From Calditrichaceae bacterium (GTDB lineage: Bacteria > Calditrichota > Calditrichia > Calditrichales > JBFXGD01): a DNA stretch of 64,000 bases. Location of the stretch: contig JBFXLE010000004.1 in assembly GCA_050173015.1 (NCBI GenBank), positions 200,133-264,132 of the forward strand. The letters run 5' to 3'. Position numbers and translations under genes: made by a program. The notes beneath the pieces are model-generated. The model searched no databases and had not been told where the DNA came from. It saw only the letters and a list, made by a program, of their open reading frames with translations. Below, one piece after another: positions 9,445-19,519 of this stretch (the first letter of the stretch is position 1; the number at the start of each line of letters is the position of its first letter).

Positions 9445-10048
9445 AGATTTTTTCTCCGTGCGGCGGGATCGGTTTTAGTATCAAAACGGTAGCGTTCCCC
9501 AGCCGGACTTCAATTAATTTAATATCCTCTTTCAGATTTCTCAAAGAATTTTCACCCTTCCAGAATTCTTCCATATATTCGGCGTTGTGAGATTGGGGAT
9601 TGCGCATACCGATGATTTTCCAAAAATCGGATGGCAGTTCCAGCTTGAATTCAACTGCTTCATTTGGTCTGATCAGGTTTTTGGACGGGTATTTTTCCCG
9701 GCTTCCCTTGATAAGAATCATTTTATCATCACTTACGGTATAAATGATAAACTGGTCGGAATTATAATTATAGGTCAATGGATAAACATCTGTATTTACC
9801 ACCTTAATCATCACCGCCTCGATGTCGAATTCCGCGTAGGCGTATATTTTCGGATTCATGTCGCTGGTTCGTTTATACCGGGCGCCTTCCGCCTGAGTGT
9901 AAGATACAATTTTGAATTCGTTTGATTCATCGGCGTTCATTTTTATGCCAAAAAAGTCATTCATACTTCTGGGCGAACAGGAAAGAATGATGAGCATAAT
10001 TAAAAAAATGGCAAATACATTTTTTAAAAAAGCAATATTTTTATCCAT
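9443..10048 (-). CDS. Hypothetical lipoprotein
   Basis: AAGGCGGTG RBS before MDKN; hydrophobic stretch ending in an ILSC lipobox. Confidence 0.7.
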   Translation of the reverse strand: MDKNIAFLKNVFAIFLIMLIILSCSPRSMNDFFGIKMNADESNEFKIVSYTQAEGARYKRTSDMNPKIYAYAEFDIEAVMIKVVNTDVYPLTYNYNSDQFIIYTVSDDKMILIKGSREKYPSKNLIRPNEAVEFKLELPSDFWKIIGMRNPQSHNAEYMEEFWKGENSLRNLKEDIKLIEVRLGNATVLILKPIPPHGEKI

Positions 10049-10094
10049 TTTCACCGCCTTTCTGATTAAACGATTAAATACTACTATCAACCAT

Positions 10095-10245
10095 TCCCCT
10101 TTTCGAAAGGGGACAAGGTGTTTCCCCCTGGCCAAACGGGGACTAAGGGGGTTACTTCCACAAAAACGTTTTAAATGAACCGGACCGAAGAATCACAACC
10201 CCCTAACCCCCTTTATTAAGGTGTTCCCCCCTTGCCAAACGGGTT
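10095..10245. repeat. Cluster of CCCC..GGGG / GGACTAAGGGGGTT palindromic repeats (another copy at 9145-9177)
   Basis: GGACTAAGGGGGTT occurs near 9164 and 10140; several CCCCCT...AGGGG hairpins. Confidence 0.6.
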
Positions 10246-10343
10246 ATTATCTATTCGTCTTCCTCGCCCAAACCACCGCGAATAATATACCGATGCCAAT
10301 CCTTACGTACCAGAAAAATTATCTTCGGCGGATCTGTGCCGGA

Positions 10344-11237
10344 TTATTTAGTGACAGCGCTTTTAATCACAGAACCCTTAGCATAGGGGAGATCGAGACC
10401 CAATAAATAACCGATGGTCGGCGCCATATCGAACTGTGTATATTCGTTGGAGTCGATGAGACCCGCGGGTGTATCGGGTCCGATGACCAGCAGCATAATA
10501 TGCCGGCATCCTTCGCATCCATCGCCGTGACCGCTGAAATCGCGCGTATGTCTTCCGTGATCATTGGTGATAAACAACGCCGTTTGATTCGCGTAAAAAG
10601 AATCGGTTTGTACCACTCGCCAGAGTTCATTTACAAGACTGTCCGCTTGACGCAGCGCCTGTGTATATTGCTGTTGGTTACCGCTGTGTCCCCCAATATC
10701 CGTTTCCGCCAGATTCACCATGACTAGGCGGGGATGTCGCGTTGAAATGATACCCCTGAGATTTTCCCAAGTGACGAGATCGCTTTCCGGCTCTGCCGAT
10801 GGTTTTACAAATGCTCCATAACTTTCACCATAATCCGGATGATCGCTAAAGGCCGTAATATCCAGTTTGTCCTTTCCTAAAATGACAAAACAGTCATTTT
10901 GAGCCGCTCCGGTTTGTTTCCGGAAATATTCAAAAAGTGTCGGTTGACGCGGGCGTTCGGAACCGTCATTGGCGATATCCTGCCGGGTTCCGGTCAGGAT
11001 GGCCGAATGTCCCGGATTGGTCAGTGTTGGCCCGGCGTTATAAAACGAAGTGAAAATAACTCCTTTCGGTCTCAGCTCATTCCAGATTTTCGGGATAAAC
11101 CGATGTGACTCATCGCCAAAGGTTTCAGAATACCTCGCGCCGTCAATCACGATGATAAATACATTATTAGTCGAAGCGGAATTAACATCACCGATTTTCA
11201 GAAAAATTACGGTAGTGATCATAAGCAGATATTTCAT
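10344..11237 (-). CDS. Alkaline phosphatase superfamily metalloenzyme (sulfatase/PGM-like), secreted
   Basis: VIDG, TNPGH, ETDIGGH and TNDHGRH motifs; signal peptide from MKYLL. Confidence 0.8.
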   Translation of the reverse strand: MKYLLMITTVIFLKIGDVNSASTNNVFIIVIDGARYSETFGDESHRFIPKIWNELRPKGVIFTSFYNAGPTLTNPGHSAILTGTRQDIANDGSERPRQPTLFEYFRKQTGAAQNDCFVILGKDKLDITAFSDHPDYGESYGAFVKPSAEPESDLVTWENLRGIISTRHPRLVMVNLAETDIGGHSGNQQQYTQALRQADSLVNELWRVVQTDSFYANQTALFITNDHGRHTRDFSGHGDGCEGCRHIMLLVIGPDTPAGLIDSNEYTQFDMAPTIGYLLGLDLPYAKGSVIKSAVTK

Positions 11238-11544
11238 CGGTTCCCCTGTCTTTACCATATAGAACATGAGTGGCAATATGAATATTTCAGCATGAAAACG
11301 CGTGGAAAATTTATCATTTTTCGGCGGGGTTTTAGAAAGGGGAAATACTCGGGACCATATAATCAGTACCAGCTGTGATCCTTTACGCGAAATATTCATT
11401 GATGGCGTTGATTGGAGAATAGTCTGAACTTTGATTAGTGTGATTAAAGGATGGCCTATGATTTGAACATGGTAATCATGCGCATTCGCCAAAGGCGGAC
11501 AGGTCACGGTTCAGACATTTTCCCATTCTTCAAGTCTCACTTCC

Positions 11545-11675
11545 AGCTTCTTGCTTCTTTCCAGGGCGCGAGCATCGCGCCCCTACTCTTTTTTCTTATC
11601 CTTCTTACTTCTCAAGGCGCATAATCATGCGCCCCTACTCTTAACTTCCTACTTCTTACTTCCTACTTCCTACTT
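11545..11675. repeat. Composite GTAG-type REP pair plus heptamer repeats (second copy, modules swapped)
   Basis: Same two REP hairpins as 9329-9444, in reverse order. Confidence 0.75.
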
Positions 11676-12195
11676 TATCTTCCACGTTATCAGCCGGCGC
11701 GTAAAGCTTCAGTTCCGCGCCGTCCCCCGGTAAACTGATCATTTTTTCAAATCTCATACCCAGCTTTTCAAGAACTTTGATCGATTTGTCATTGTCGCGC
11801 GTGGTGATGGCCACAATCCGCTCCAAACCAAAAACATCTTTTCCATAGGTTAACAGGGTGGAAGCCGACTCGGTCGCGTATCCCTTACCGGTAAACGCCG
11901 GCATAAAGGCAAAACCGATGTCCACATCCGTCAGATAATCCCTTTTTATCAATCCGCACATCCCAATCGGGATACCGCTGTCTTTTAATCCGACCAGGTA
12001 CAGCCCGAATCCAAACTGTTTATAGCTTTGAACCGGTCCGTTCAATATATAGTCACGCGCGTCATCAAGCGTACGCACACCCTTGTCACCGATATAACGC
12101 AGCCATGAAGGGTCATTGACGAGCTCAAGGATAAACGGAGCGTCCTCAACGGTAAGCTCCCGCAGCGCCAGCCTTTCAGTTTCAAGAATTGTCAT
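11656..12195 (-). CDS. GNAT N-acetyltransferase, RimJ/RimL family
   Basis: LETERL.LR, GKGYATE and N.KS.KVLEKLGM motifs. Confidence 0.9.
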   Translation of the reverse strand: MTILETERLALRELTVEDAPFILELVNDPSWLRYIGDKGVRTLDDARDYILNGPVQSYKQFGFGLYLVGLKDSGIPIGMCGLIKRDYLTDVDIGFAFMPAFTGKGYATESASTLLTYGKDVFGLERIVAITTRDNDKSIKVLEKLGMRFEKMISLPGDGAELKLYAPADNVEDKVGSRK

Positions 12196-12404
12196 GTAGA
12201 AAATCCATTCATTTTCTCTAAAATATATATAGTAATTTTAATACAACCGGCTTTCCCCCAAAAAACGGAAAGTTAAAAGTACACTCAAAATCATTTGAAG
12301 ATAATCGTTTAGAAAGAATATTCCAAAGGATATTCCCGGTGATGATCATAAATTGATACCTTGTCGAGAATATTTGAGCCTCCGCAGAGCGCATCAGGCA
12401 ATTT

Positions 12405-13151
12405 TCAGCGGGAAACACCAACCGCTTTTCCCAAATATGTGTTGTCCGATAACCGGTTTAGCATAAAATCGGCCACATCCGCCCGTGAAATGCGCGCCGT
12501 CCAAAGGTAATTACCGATACCCGTACCATGCCGGTATTTACCGCTCCGTTTACCGTTGGTCAGCATGGAGGGACGGACGATTACCCATTCCGTAGCACTT
12601 TCCGAAATGATTCGTTCCTGACGGGTTTTATCCCAAAAATAGAAGGGCAGGATAAAAGGAATGACAAAAAAGGTGTAATACAATCCCATTCGTCCGGCGC
12701 TGGCGCCGATACCCAGGGATGTTTCGCAAATTAAGCGCTTTACTCCCGTTTTTTCCATAGCGCGGATAATATTAGCGGTGCCTTCGGACAGAATGCGGGT
12801 CGGACCGAAAAACTGTTTATGGCCGAGAGCGGATACCACCGCGTCCTGACCTTGTACCGCCTTTTCAATTGACCCGAAATCCAAAACATCTCCCTTTACC
12901 ACCTGAAGTTGAGAATGTTTGATTTTGAATTTGTCAGGATTTCTTACCAATGCCGTGACGAAAAAACCTTTTTCAATGGCTTGCTCCACAAGTTGAAGAC
13001 CGGTGCCGCCGGTCGCGCCGATGATCAGAATACGGTTTATTTTGTCACCGGCCGGGTGAGACGGGATGTCATTATCCTCACGAAGTCCGTTGTAAGCGAG
13101 CAGGGCAGTAAGGATGAGGGCATAAATAACAAGGATCGCTAACGTAATCAT
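12405..13151 (-). CDS. NAD(P)-dependent oxidoreductase (flavin/biliverdin reductase-like atypical SDR) with N-terminal TM helix
   Basis: GATGGTG Rossmann motif; WVIVRP and ISRADVA motifs. Confidence 0.85.
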   Translation of the reverse strand: MITLAILVIYALILTALLAYNGLREDNDIPSHPAGDKINRILIIGATGGTGLQLVEQAIEKGFFVTALVRNPDKFKIKHSQLQVVKGDVLDFGSIEKAVQGQDAVVSALGHKQFFGPTRILSEGTANIIRAMEKTGVKRLICETSLGIGASAGRMGLYYTFFVIPFILPFYFWDKTRQERIISESATEWVIVRPSMLTNGKRSGKYRHGTGIGNYLWTARISRADVADFMLNRLSDNTYLGKAVGVSR

Positions 13152-13608
13152 TGCAGTTACTCCATTTGATTAAAAGGCGAATATTCAGGAAATTCAGCCA
13201 AAATATATTTAAATTTTAATTTGGAAATACGATAAATATTACTATTCGATCAAAAACAGCATCAAAATGTTAGTTCACAACGGATTTCCCGGAAATAAAA
13301 ATTGAAACCGGCTACAATCATAGATTAATCCTTATGGTTATAATAATGAATGTTTTTAAAATTGATGTTCTAAACCCTTATCAATTTGATCTTGATACGA
13401 AAAATGCAAAGGAAAGTTTAAAAATTTGATTTGGGAATATTCCGGGAATCATGAGAGTTTTTAAAAAGAATTTTTATTTTTAATCAGACCGTCGGGAAGC
13501 GCTGAAACCGCCTTTCTTTCGTATGACTTTTATGCAGTGGGGCAGAACTGTCACCGGTTCCGCTCATGGCTATAAATAGAATGACCGGATGATGAAAGGA
13601 AATTTACT

Positions 13609-14262
13609 ATGTTTATTGGACATTTTGGTGCCGGATTGGCAGCAAAGAAACTGGATAACAGACCATCTTTGGCTACCTTTTTCATGGCCGCGCAATTTAT
13701 TGATCTGATCTGGCCAATATTTTTGTTGTTTGGGATAGAGCGTGTGGAAATTGATCCCGGAAATACCGCGTTTACGCCATTGAATTTTGTGTATTACCCG
13801 TTCACCCACAGTTTTCTCGGTGTGTTGTTCTGGGCTGTTCTTTTTGGGGGCGTGTACTACATTATTAAAAAAAATCAAAAAAGCGCCTTAATACTTGGCG
13901 GCTTGGTCATGAGTCACTGGGCGCTGGATTTATTGGTTCACCGTCCGGATCTTCCGTTATTTCCCTGGACCGATTTGAAAGTTGGATTAGGTCTCTGGCA
14001 GTCAGTACTTCTGACGATTGTGGTAGAAGGATTAATCTTTTCCGCCGGTGTTTATTTTTATTTAAAAACAACAAAAGCGGAGAATAAAAAGGGAGTGATC
14101 GGTTTCTGGAGTCTGATTGTATTTTTAGTGTTGGTTTATTTCATGAATGTCTTTGGCCCGCCACCGGAGACCGCGGAACCTATCGCCGTGCTGGGATTGT
14201 CACAATGGATACTGGTGGCCTGGACATATTGGATTGATAAAAACCGTAAAGTGATCAATTAA
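13609..14262 (+). CDS. Membrane-bound metal-dependent hydrolase-like protein (YdjM-related)
   Basis: MFIGH, DL.WP, THS and SHW.LD..VH motifs. Confidence 0.75.
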   Translation: MFIGHFGAGLAAKKLDNRPSLATFFMAAQFIDLIWPIFLLFGIERVEIDPGNTAFTPLNFVYYPFTHSFLGVLFWAVLFGGVYYIIKKNQKSALILGGLVMSHWALDLLVHRPDLPLFPWTDLKVGLGLWQSVLLTIVVEGLIFSAGVYFYLKTTKAENKKGVIGFWSLIVFLVLVYFMNVFGPPPETAEPIAVLGLSQWILVAWTYWIDKNRKVIN

Positions 14263-14417
14263 ATTTTGTCTGCCGGAAACCTGTCATCACGGACAAATCT
14301 GTTAGGGTGTCATGTCTCGCGGGGAACTAAAACAGGCTTTCGAAGATTCCACGATGGGGGGGGCTCTCTTTTCGCCTGATCTAAATCAGGTGTTATGATG
14401 CACCGGTAATGAATTTG

Positions 14418-15023
14418 TTATTCAGCCAAATATTTTAAACTGGACAGTTCAGACAACTGATTCACTAATTTATTCCTGGCAGAACCAATGGGTTCCTTTT
14501 CGAGTAAAATCCTGAGTTCGATGTTTCTTTCCCGGTATTTCCTGAATCTTTCTGATTCACAGGTTTGAGTCAGCCAGATTCTCGATTCATTATCCCATAA
14601 TTTTTCATATTCAGGAGGAATATAATCGATATACAATTTATCTTCGGATGATGAATCATGATAAATATCTTTTTGATCCTGAGCCTTCCCAAGAATGGCT
14701 GGAATTAGATACAAATTCAAAAGCATAGTCTGAATTAATTTGTTTTCAGCTTCTTTCAGCTTCCCTTTTTTAAAAAGGGTTAAGGACCAGCAAAGATATT
14801 GCAGAGGATCACCCACATCATCCGGGAAGTTTTTTTCAAACCAACGAAATGATTTTAATGCTGAATCTACGTCATCCATCAATAGATACAACGGTCCAAT
14901 CGTATATCTCAAACCGGCGCCGTCGATAAAATCTCCGTATGTCCTTTTTTCATAGCGCAGCGCTTTCTCATACCGGGATATCAATCCCTTTATACCCCTT
15001 GGAGTTTTTGGCATATCCGTCAT
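14418..15023 (-). CDS. Hypothetical helical-repeat (TPR-like) protein
   Basis: 201-aa ORF with helical repeat pattern; no firm family. Confidence 0.6.
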   Translation of the reverse strand: MTDMPKTPRGIKGLISRYEKALRYEKRTYGDFIDGAGLRYTIGPLYLLMDDVDSALKSFRWFEKNFPDDVGDPLQYLCWSLTLFKKGKLKEAENKLIQTMLLNLYLIPAILGKAQDQKDIYHDSSSEDKLYIDYIPPEYEKLWDNESRIWLTQTCESERFRKYRERNIELRILLEKEPIGSARNKLVNQLSELSSLKYLAE

Positions 15024-15267
15024 ATCAATTTTCCCGTTAGTGATATTCGTTTATTTTATCGGTTATATCCAAGATAAAAATTTTTTGAATGCAATCAAAC
15101 AAGAACCGAAGCATCAGGTAATTCTTTTATCAGCGGATTTACATCGAGCTTCGGTTCAGGCGGAGTGGACCGGACGCTATGATCATCTACAAATGATCTA
15201 CTGATCCGGGCGACGGTCTCTTAAATATTGATATTGAAAATACATTCTGTGTTTGCGTGTCGCCTTT

Positions 15268-15669
15268 TCATTTTAGTTTAGAATAAGGCGTGGATCGTAA
15301 GAATTTTGTAGTGATTTTTTTGGCGTACAAATCCAGCTTTTTGCTCATCACCTTCCATTCATCGCTGCCCAGCCATTTTATACGCGCCTTGTTGTAGGCC
15401 TCCATATTGACAAATTCCGCGACGAAAATCACCTGCTCAATATCTCCGACGATGGTCTGCCATACGACCACAGGTTTGTATCCGTATCTGTCCATAGCGG
15501 GAGACATTTCCTTACCGTTAAAATCATGGAAGTCGGCAAGTTTACCCATGGATACATCGATCGTGACCATCCAGTAAACTTTTTCGTCCATTTGCTGCCC
15601 GTAACCGTTGTACGGGTGAATCGATAACAAAGCGATAATTATAGCGATGATGATTAAGAACTTATGCAT
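15268..15669 (-). CDS. Secreted NIPSNAP-family protein
   Basis: Signal peptide; W.T.VG and FL..TPYS.L C-terminus. Confidence 0.75.
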   Translation of the reverse strand: MHKFLIIIAIIIALLSIHPYNGYGQQMDEKVYWMVTIDVSMGKLADFHDFNGKEMSPAMDRYGYKPVVVWQTIVGDIEQVIFVAEFVNMEAYNKARIKWLGSDEWKVMSKKLDLYAKKITTKFLRSTPYSKLK

Positions 15670-15768
15670 TTTTCCCCCCTGGAAGTGTCTGTTATGCGTT
15701 CCCGGAATGATAAAAAAACATCCGGGATTGTTTAGTTAATTTCATTAAAAACGCTGAGAGATGCCCGG

Positions 15769-15819
15769 TCATATAGGCGGGATGTCCGGATGCGGGATTT
15801 GACTGGTCGGGAACATCAT
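15769..15819 (-). CDS. Putative 16-aa Pro-rich small protein (MMFPTSQIPHPDIPPI)
   Basis: Perfect SD AAAGGAGGT 5 nt before the first ATG; ORF is below the track's length cut-off. Confidence 0.45.
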   Translation of the reverse strand: MMFPTSQIPHPDIPPI

Positions 15820-16163
15820 ACGTTACCTCCTTTCCGGAATGCGGTACGGATCACCGGTTTTATTAAATAGAGTGGTCATTGACAGATTGTGTCACATCAA
15901 TATTTTTTTCACTGAAATCAATCCTCAGGATAGTCATATCCGTGAGTACATTTATGTTTTATGGAGTCAACCGCGCGGAATATGGTTAAAGTAAATCCAT
16001 ACTATATTTGGGGGGATTTTTAAACCGTTAACATAAAATAAAAGTCTGAATATTCCCGTATAAAAAATAAAGCGCAATGGCGCGGGTACGGTAATGATAT
16101 TTACCCGCGAGAGTAAATCTTTGGTATTTGTACTGTTTTTGTGTGATTTCGTTTATTACCGGT

Positions 16164-16568
16164 TTACCGCGGCATCCGGGCGGGATCCATCCAAAACACT
16201 TCCCAGATATGGCTGTCCGGATCTTCGAAAGCCCGTCCATACATGAAATCATGGTTTTCCGCTTCACGCTGTTCCTTCCCGCCGGCGGACAAGACCTTGC
16301 TCATAAACTGATCAACCTGTTCTCTGCTTTCAACCTGAAGCGCCAGAAGCATTTCAGTAGTATTTGCCGAATTTGCAATTTCCTTCCCGGTGAAGCGTCG
16401 GATGCTGTCATGAGTGTGAAGCATGGCATGGATGTGATCTGAAATCACAAGAGCTGCCGCCTGATCATTTGAAAACTGCTTATTAAAAGATAAACCCAGC
16501 GCCTCAAAAAAAGTCACAGACCGTTTAAGATCCGCGACGGCTAGATTGATATATATGGCCTTTGGCAT
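16164..16568 (-). CDS. VOC/glyoxalase family protein
   Basis: INLAVADL.RS..FF..LG and FMYGRAFEDPD.HIWE motifs; AGGAG RBS. Confidence 0.9.
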   Translation of the reverse strand: MPKAIYINLAVADLKRSVTFFEALGLSFNKQFSNDQAAALVISDHIHAMLHTHDSIRRFTGKEIANSANTTEMLLALQVESREQVDQFMSKVLSAGGKEQREAENHDFMYGRAFEDPDSHIWEVFWMDPARMPR

Positions 16569-16611
16569 GTATTTCTCCTTATTGGAAAAGATTGACAAAT
16601 GAATTATCAAT

Positions 16612-17556
16612 TTATTCAAGAACTTCCACAAAGACAGGCGCCTGCTGATATTTATAAGAAGAATCCGTCAGGACGGTCATTTCTTTCGCGCGCCAGTCCA
16701 TCAGAGCAATATGAAACTGAGATTCCGATAAATCGAATATCTCTACGGCCAGCCAGTTACCATCGCTGCTCCATTCATGCCAGCCCTCATTTACAGGATT
16801 GCCGGTCAGTTTCCACTGTTTTTCGCCGTCAGGGGTTACCGCGAACAGACTGTACTTACCTTTTTGTTGAGATTGATAACTGATAAAATTGTCCCTATTA
16901 TTCCATTTTGGGGGCCCCGCTTTATAGGCGTACCACTTTGCGGTGGTGTCATTCGGAGGGTAATGGGTTAACCGGCGTAAGTCGGATCCGTCTTCATTGA
17001 TGGAATAAAGTTCGTCAACAAATCCTTTTTCTCTTTTGGATTTTTTTATACTTCCTCTGAAAATAATTCTCGAGCCATCCGGCGAGAAAATGGGGTCACT
17101 GGCGAAGGCTAATCCGGTTTCCACCGTCTTCAGCTTTTTTCCGTCTAAATCCTGAATATAAAATACAGAATCTATTGATGGATGCGGGTTAACGATTATT
17201 TGAGTGCCATCGTAACGGCTTCCAAGCCAGCTGTCCCTGAGTTTTAAGTCCGAAATCTTTCTGACATTTTTGCCCTCAGCATCCATTTCATATAAAAAAT
17301 AAGATCTATGGGTTGTGTCCCGGTCAGAGATAAAATAGAGTTTATCCTTCCAGGCATAATAAACCCAATCGACACCTTCCCGATTTGAAATATTTTTTTT
17401 GTTATGGCCGTCCATATCCATGACAAATACTTCGTAATTATCTTTTTCCATATCATATAATACATTATAGGCGATCTTATATTTTTTTTCGGACCGGCAT
17501 CCGGAAACCGCGATCAATACCGCGGACATAATAATAAATAGTTTAAATTTCATCAC
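16612..17556 (-). CDS. TolB-like / PD40-repeat beta-propeller lipoprotein
   Basis: VSGC lipobox; P.FSPDG and WSSDG repeats. Confidence 0.8.
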   Translation of the reverse strand: MMKFKLFIIMSAVLIAVSGCRSEKKYKIAYNVLYDMEKDNYEVFVMDMDGHNKKNISNREGVDWVYYAWKDKLYFISDRDTTHRSYFLYEMDAEGKNVRKISDLKLRDSWLGSRYDGTQIIVNPHPSIDSVFYIQDLDGKKLKTVETGLAFASDPIFSPDGSRIIFRGSIKKSKREKGFVDELYSINEDGSDLRRLTHYPPNDTTAKWYAYKAGPPKWNNRDNFISYQSQQKGKYSLFAVTPDGEKQWKLTGNPVNEGWHEWSSDGNWLAVEIFDLSESQFHIALMDWRAKEMTVLTDSSYKYQQAPVFVEVLE

Positions 17557-17701
17557 TACAATTTCCCCATGGTTAGATGAGTATTATTTTTAATCCGGAG
17601 TCAGAGAGATTTTTATAATTATCCGGTGGACGTGGGGAGAGGGTGAATGGTCCTCGCGGGAGACGGGAATGCGGTTTTTCGCGATTCTGCAACCGGAGCC
17701 G

Positions 17702-18085
17702 CTAAACCTGATGAAGTTGAATGAGATTACCGCAGGTATCATTAAATATGGCGACGGACGCCCAATCCGTTTTTGTCGGTTTCATGGTAAATACGACTCC
17801 CCGTGAAATAAGCCTTTCGTATTCCTTTTGGATATCTTTCACGGCAAAAGAAGTTGCCGGTATGCCATCTTTGAATATGGCTTTCTGATAGGTCTTTGCC
17901 GCGGGGTGAGCGTTTGGCTCCAGGACTAATTCCACGTCATCCGGTCCTTCCGGAGAAACGACGGTTAGCCAGCTGAATTCCCCAAAAGGCAGATCCGTTT
18001 TTTTTATAAATCCCAGAACTTCGGTATAAAATTGAAGCGCCTTTTTCTGATCGTTTACAAACACACTCACCAATTGAATTTTCAT
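17702..18085 (-). CDS. VOC/glyoxalase family protein
   Basis: V.DQ.KAL.FYTEVLGF and FNDTCGNLIQL motifs. Confidence 0.9.
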   Translation of the reverse strand: MKIQLVSVFVNDQKKALQFYTEVLGFIKKTDLPFGEFSWLTVVSPEGPDDVELVLEPNAHPAAKTYQKAIFKDGIPATSFAVKDIQKEYERLISRGVVFTMKPTKTDWASVAIFNDTCGNLIQLHQV

Positions 18086-18291
18086 GATTCCCCCGCCTTT
18101 TATAAATTCGCATCAGTTGCATTAACATTATAGCCTTCACAAAAGGACTTTACCGTCAAACGGGGAAGTCTGCCGCATACGATTGTAAAGGAGTCCCATT
18201 AACAAGCACCTGATGTTTGGGAAAAAAGTAAAATTATACTACTTCCTGATTTATTTAATTAAACAATTTTCTTCGACATAATATTTTCGTT

Positions 18292-18921
18292 TTAAAAATT
18301 TATGTCTTCTTTCTGCAAGCGTCTCAAAATGACACCGTCGGATACCTTAAATTCTGTACATATAACTCTGGAAATTGCTCCCATTAATAAATCATTATTT
18401 TCATCCCCAATAACTGAGCGATATTTTTCAATTTTATCCTTTTGATTTTGAATGGATCGTTTTAAAGCATTTATTGGAACGAGTAATCTACCAGCAAACT
18501 CATATGCCTGCTGTTCAAAAAAGAATAAATCTTCTTCTTGCATATCTTCCCTGAAGTGCAACCAGTCATTTTCGTTACGAAATTGACATTGTTGAATTTC
18601 TTTGGCATGGAGGACAAAATGTCCAACTTCATGTGCAAACGTAAATCTTAATCTATTTAAATATCGATCATCGAAATACATATCCTGATCCACATAAATA
18701 GACTTAAGATCATTTGATAGAAACGCATCTACATCAATTGACTTTTGCATATTAGGGATTGGAATAGGAGTTATTTGTAATTTTAGTTCGACGATATCAA
18801 TAATGGGTACAGGAATTATTTCTGGTGGATTTACAAACTCCTGCCTGAACTCTTCGGCTTTCGATCTAATAAAGTTACGACAAAGTTTTTGCGGTCTTAT
18901 GTAGTCCACCCATAACCTCAT
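18292..18921 (-). CDS. ImmA/IrrE family zinc metallopeptidase
   Basis: RFTFAHEVGH..LH and E.QA..FAGRLLVP motifs. Confidence 0.9.
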   Translation of the reverse strand: MRLWVDYIRPQKLCRNFIRSKAEEFRQEFVNPPEIIPVPIIDIVELKLQITPIPIPNMQKSIDVDAFLSNDLKSIYVDQDMYFDDRYLNRLRFTFAHEVGHFVLHAKEIQQCQFRNENDWLHFREDMQEEDLFFFEQQAYEFAGRLLVPINALKRSIQNQKDKIEKYRSVIGDENNDLLMGAISRVICTEFKVSDGVILRRLQKEDINF

Positions 18922-18927
18922 AGATTG

Positions 18928-19293
18928 TTATTCATTTTCATCCGCCAGAATTTTTAAAATTTTTTCTAATTCTTGTCTTGTTGGTTTTTCACCACGTAAA
19001 GTTCTAAAAAATATAGGCAATTTATCTAAAATTGTTTGATCAGAAACTAAATGTGCAGGAATTTGACTGATCGCTGCCAAGTCTAATAATGTCTGAAAGT
19101 CCTCTGAACCGGCCGTCATATTTAATGATTTTGCGATAGAAGTAAGAACTTGTCTGCTTTTAGGTGGTGATAAAATTCCACGTTCAATTTTGCTCCAATT
19201 GCTGGGATCTAATTTATTTATTCTGCAAAATTCTCTTAAAGTCATTTTTTGCTTAATCCGGTAATTCTTTACAAATTCACCAAAATTAACCAT
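18928..19293 (-). CDS. XRE-family HTH transcriptional regulator
   Basis: FGEF...R....TLREFC...DPSNWSKIERG.L.PP. Confidence 0.9.
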   Translation of the reverse strand: MVNFGEFVKNYRIKQKMTLREFCRINKLDPSNWSKIERGILSPPKSRQVLTSIAKSLNMTAGSEDFQTLLDLAAISQIPAHLVSDQTILDKLPIFFRTLRGEKPTRQELEKILKILADENE

Positions 19294-19323
19294 ACTTTAC
19301 ACCCCTTTTAATAAAGTACAATT

Positions 19324-19377
19324 GTGGTATGATTTTTACTACGTGGTAAATATATACCACACTAAATGTGATGTCAA
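19324..19377 (-). promoter_or_regulatory. sigma70 promoter overlapped by a tandem palindromic operator
   Basis: TTGACA (19377-72)-17 nt-TATATT (19354-49). Palindromes GTGGTA-N7-TACTAC and GTGGTA-N6-TACCAC. Confidence 0.75.
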
Positions 19378-19519
19378 GAAAATTTTATAAATGTGTGAGA
19401 TTTTGACAGAATTTGATTTTTTTAAACATCTTTATAACCCTTTAAAATTTTACAAGAAAAAAATTATACTTTTGTTTTGCGTCTGAGTAGACAAAAGGGA
19501 AGAATTAAAATGGCGGCAT

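Noticed and set aside
9097-11675. CRISPR array
   Set aside because: The repeats are heptamers and REP hairpins without regular unique spacers, and no cas genes are present.
14300-14417. Solitary attC after the 14418 gene (CATCATAAC) and palindrome CCTGATCTAAATCAGG
   Set aside because: No matching right arm or GTTRRRY core was found. The palindrome lies between convergent genes, so an operator role is unlikely.
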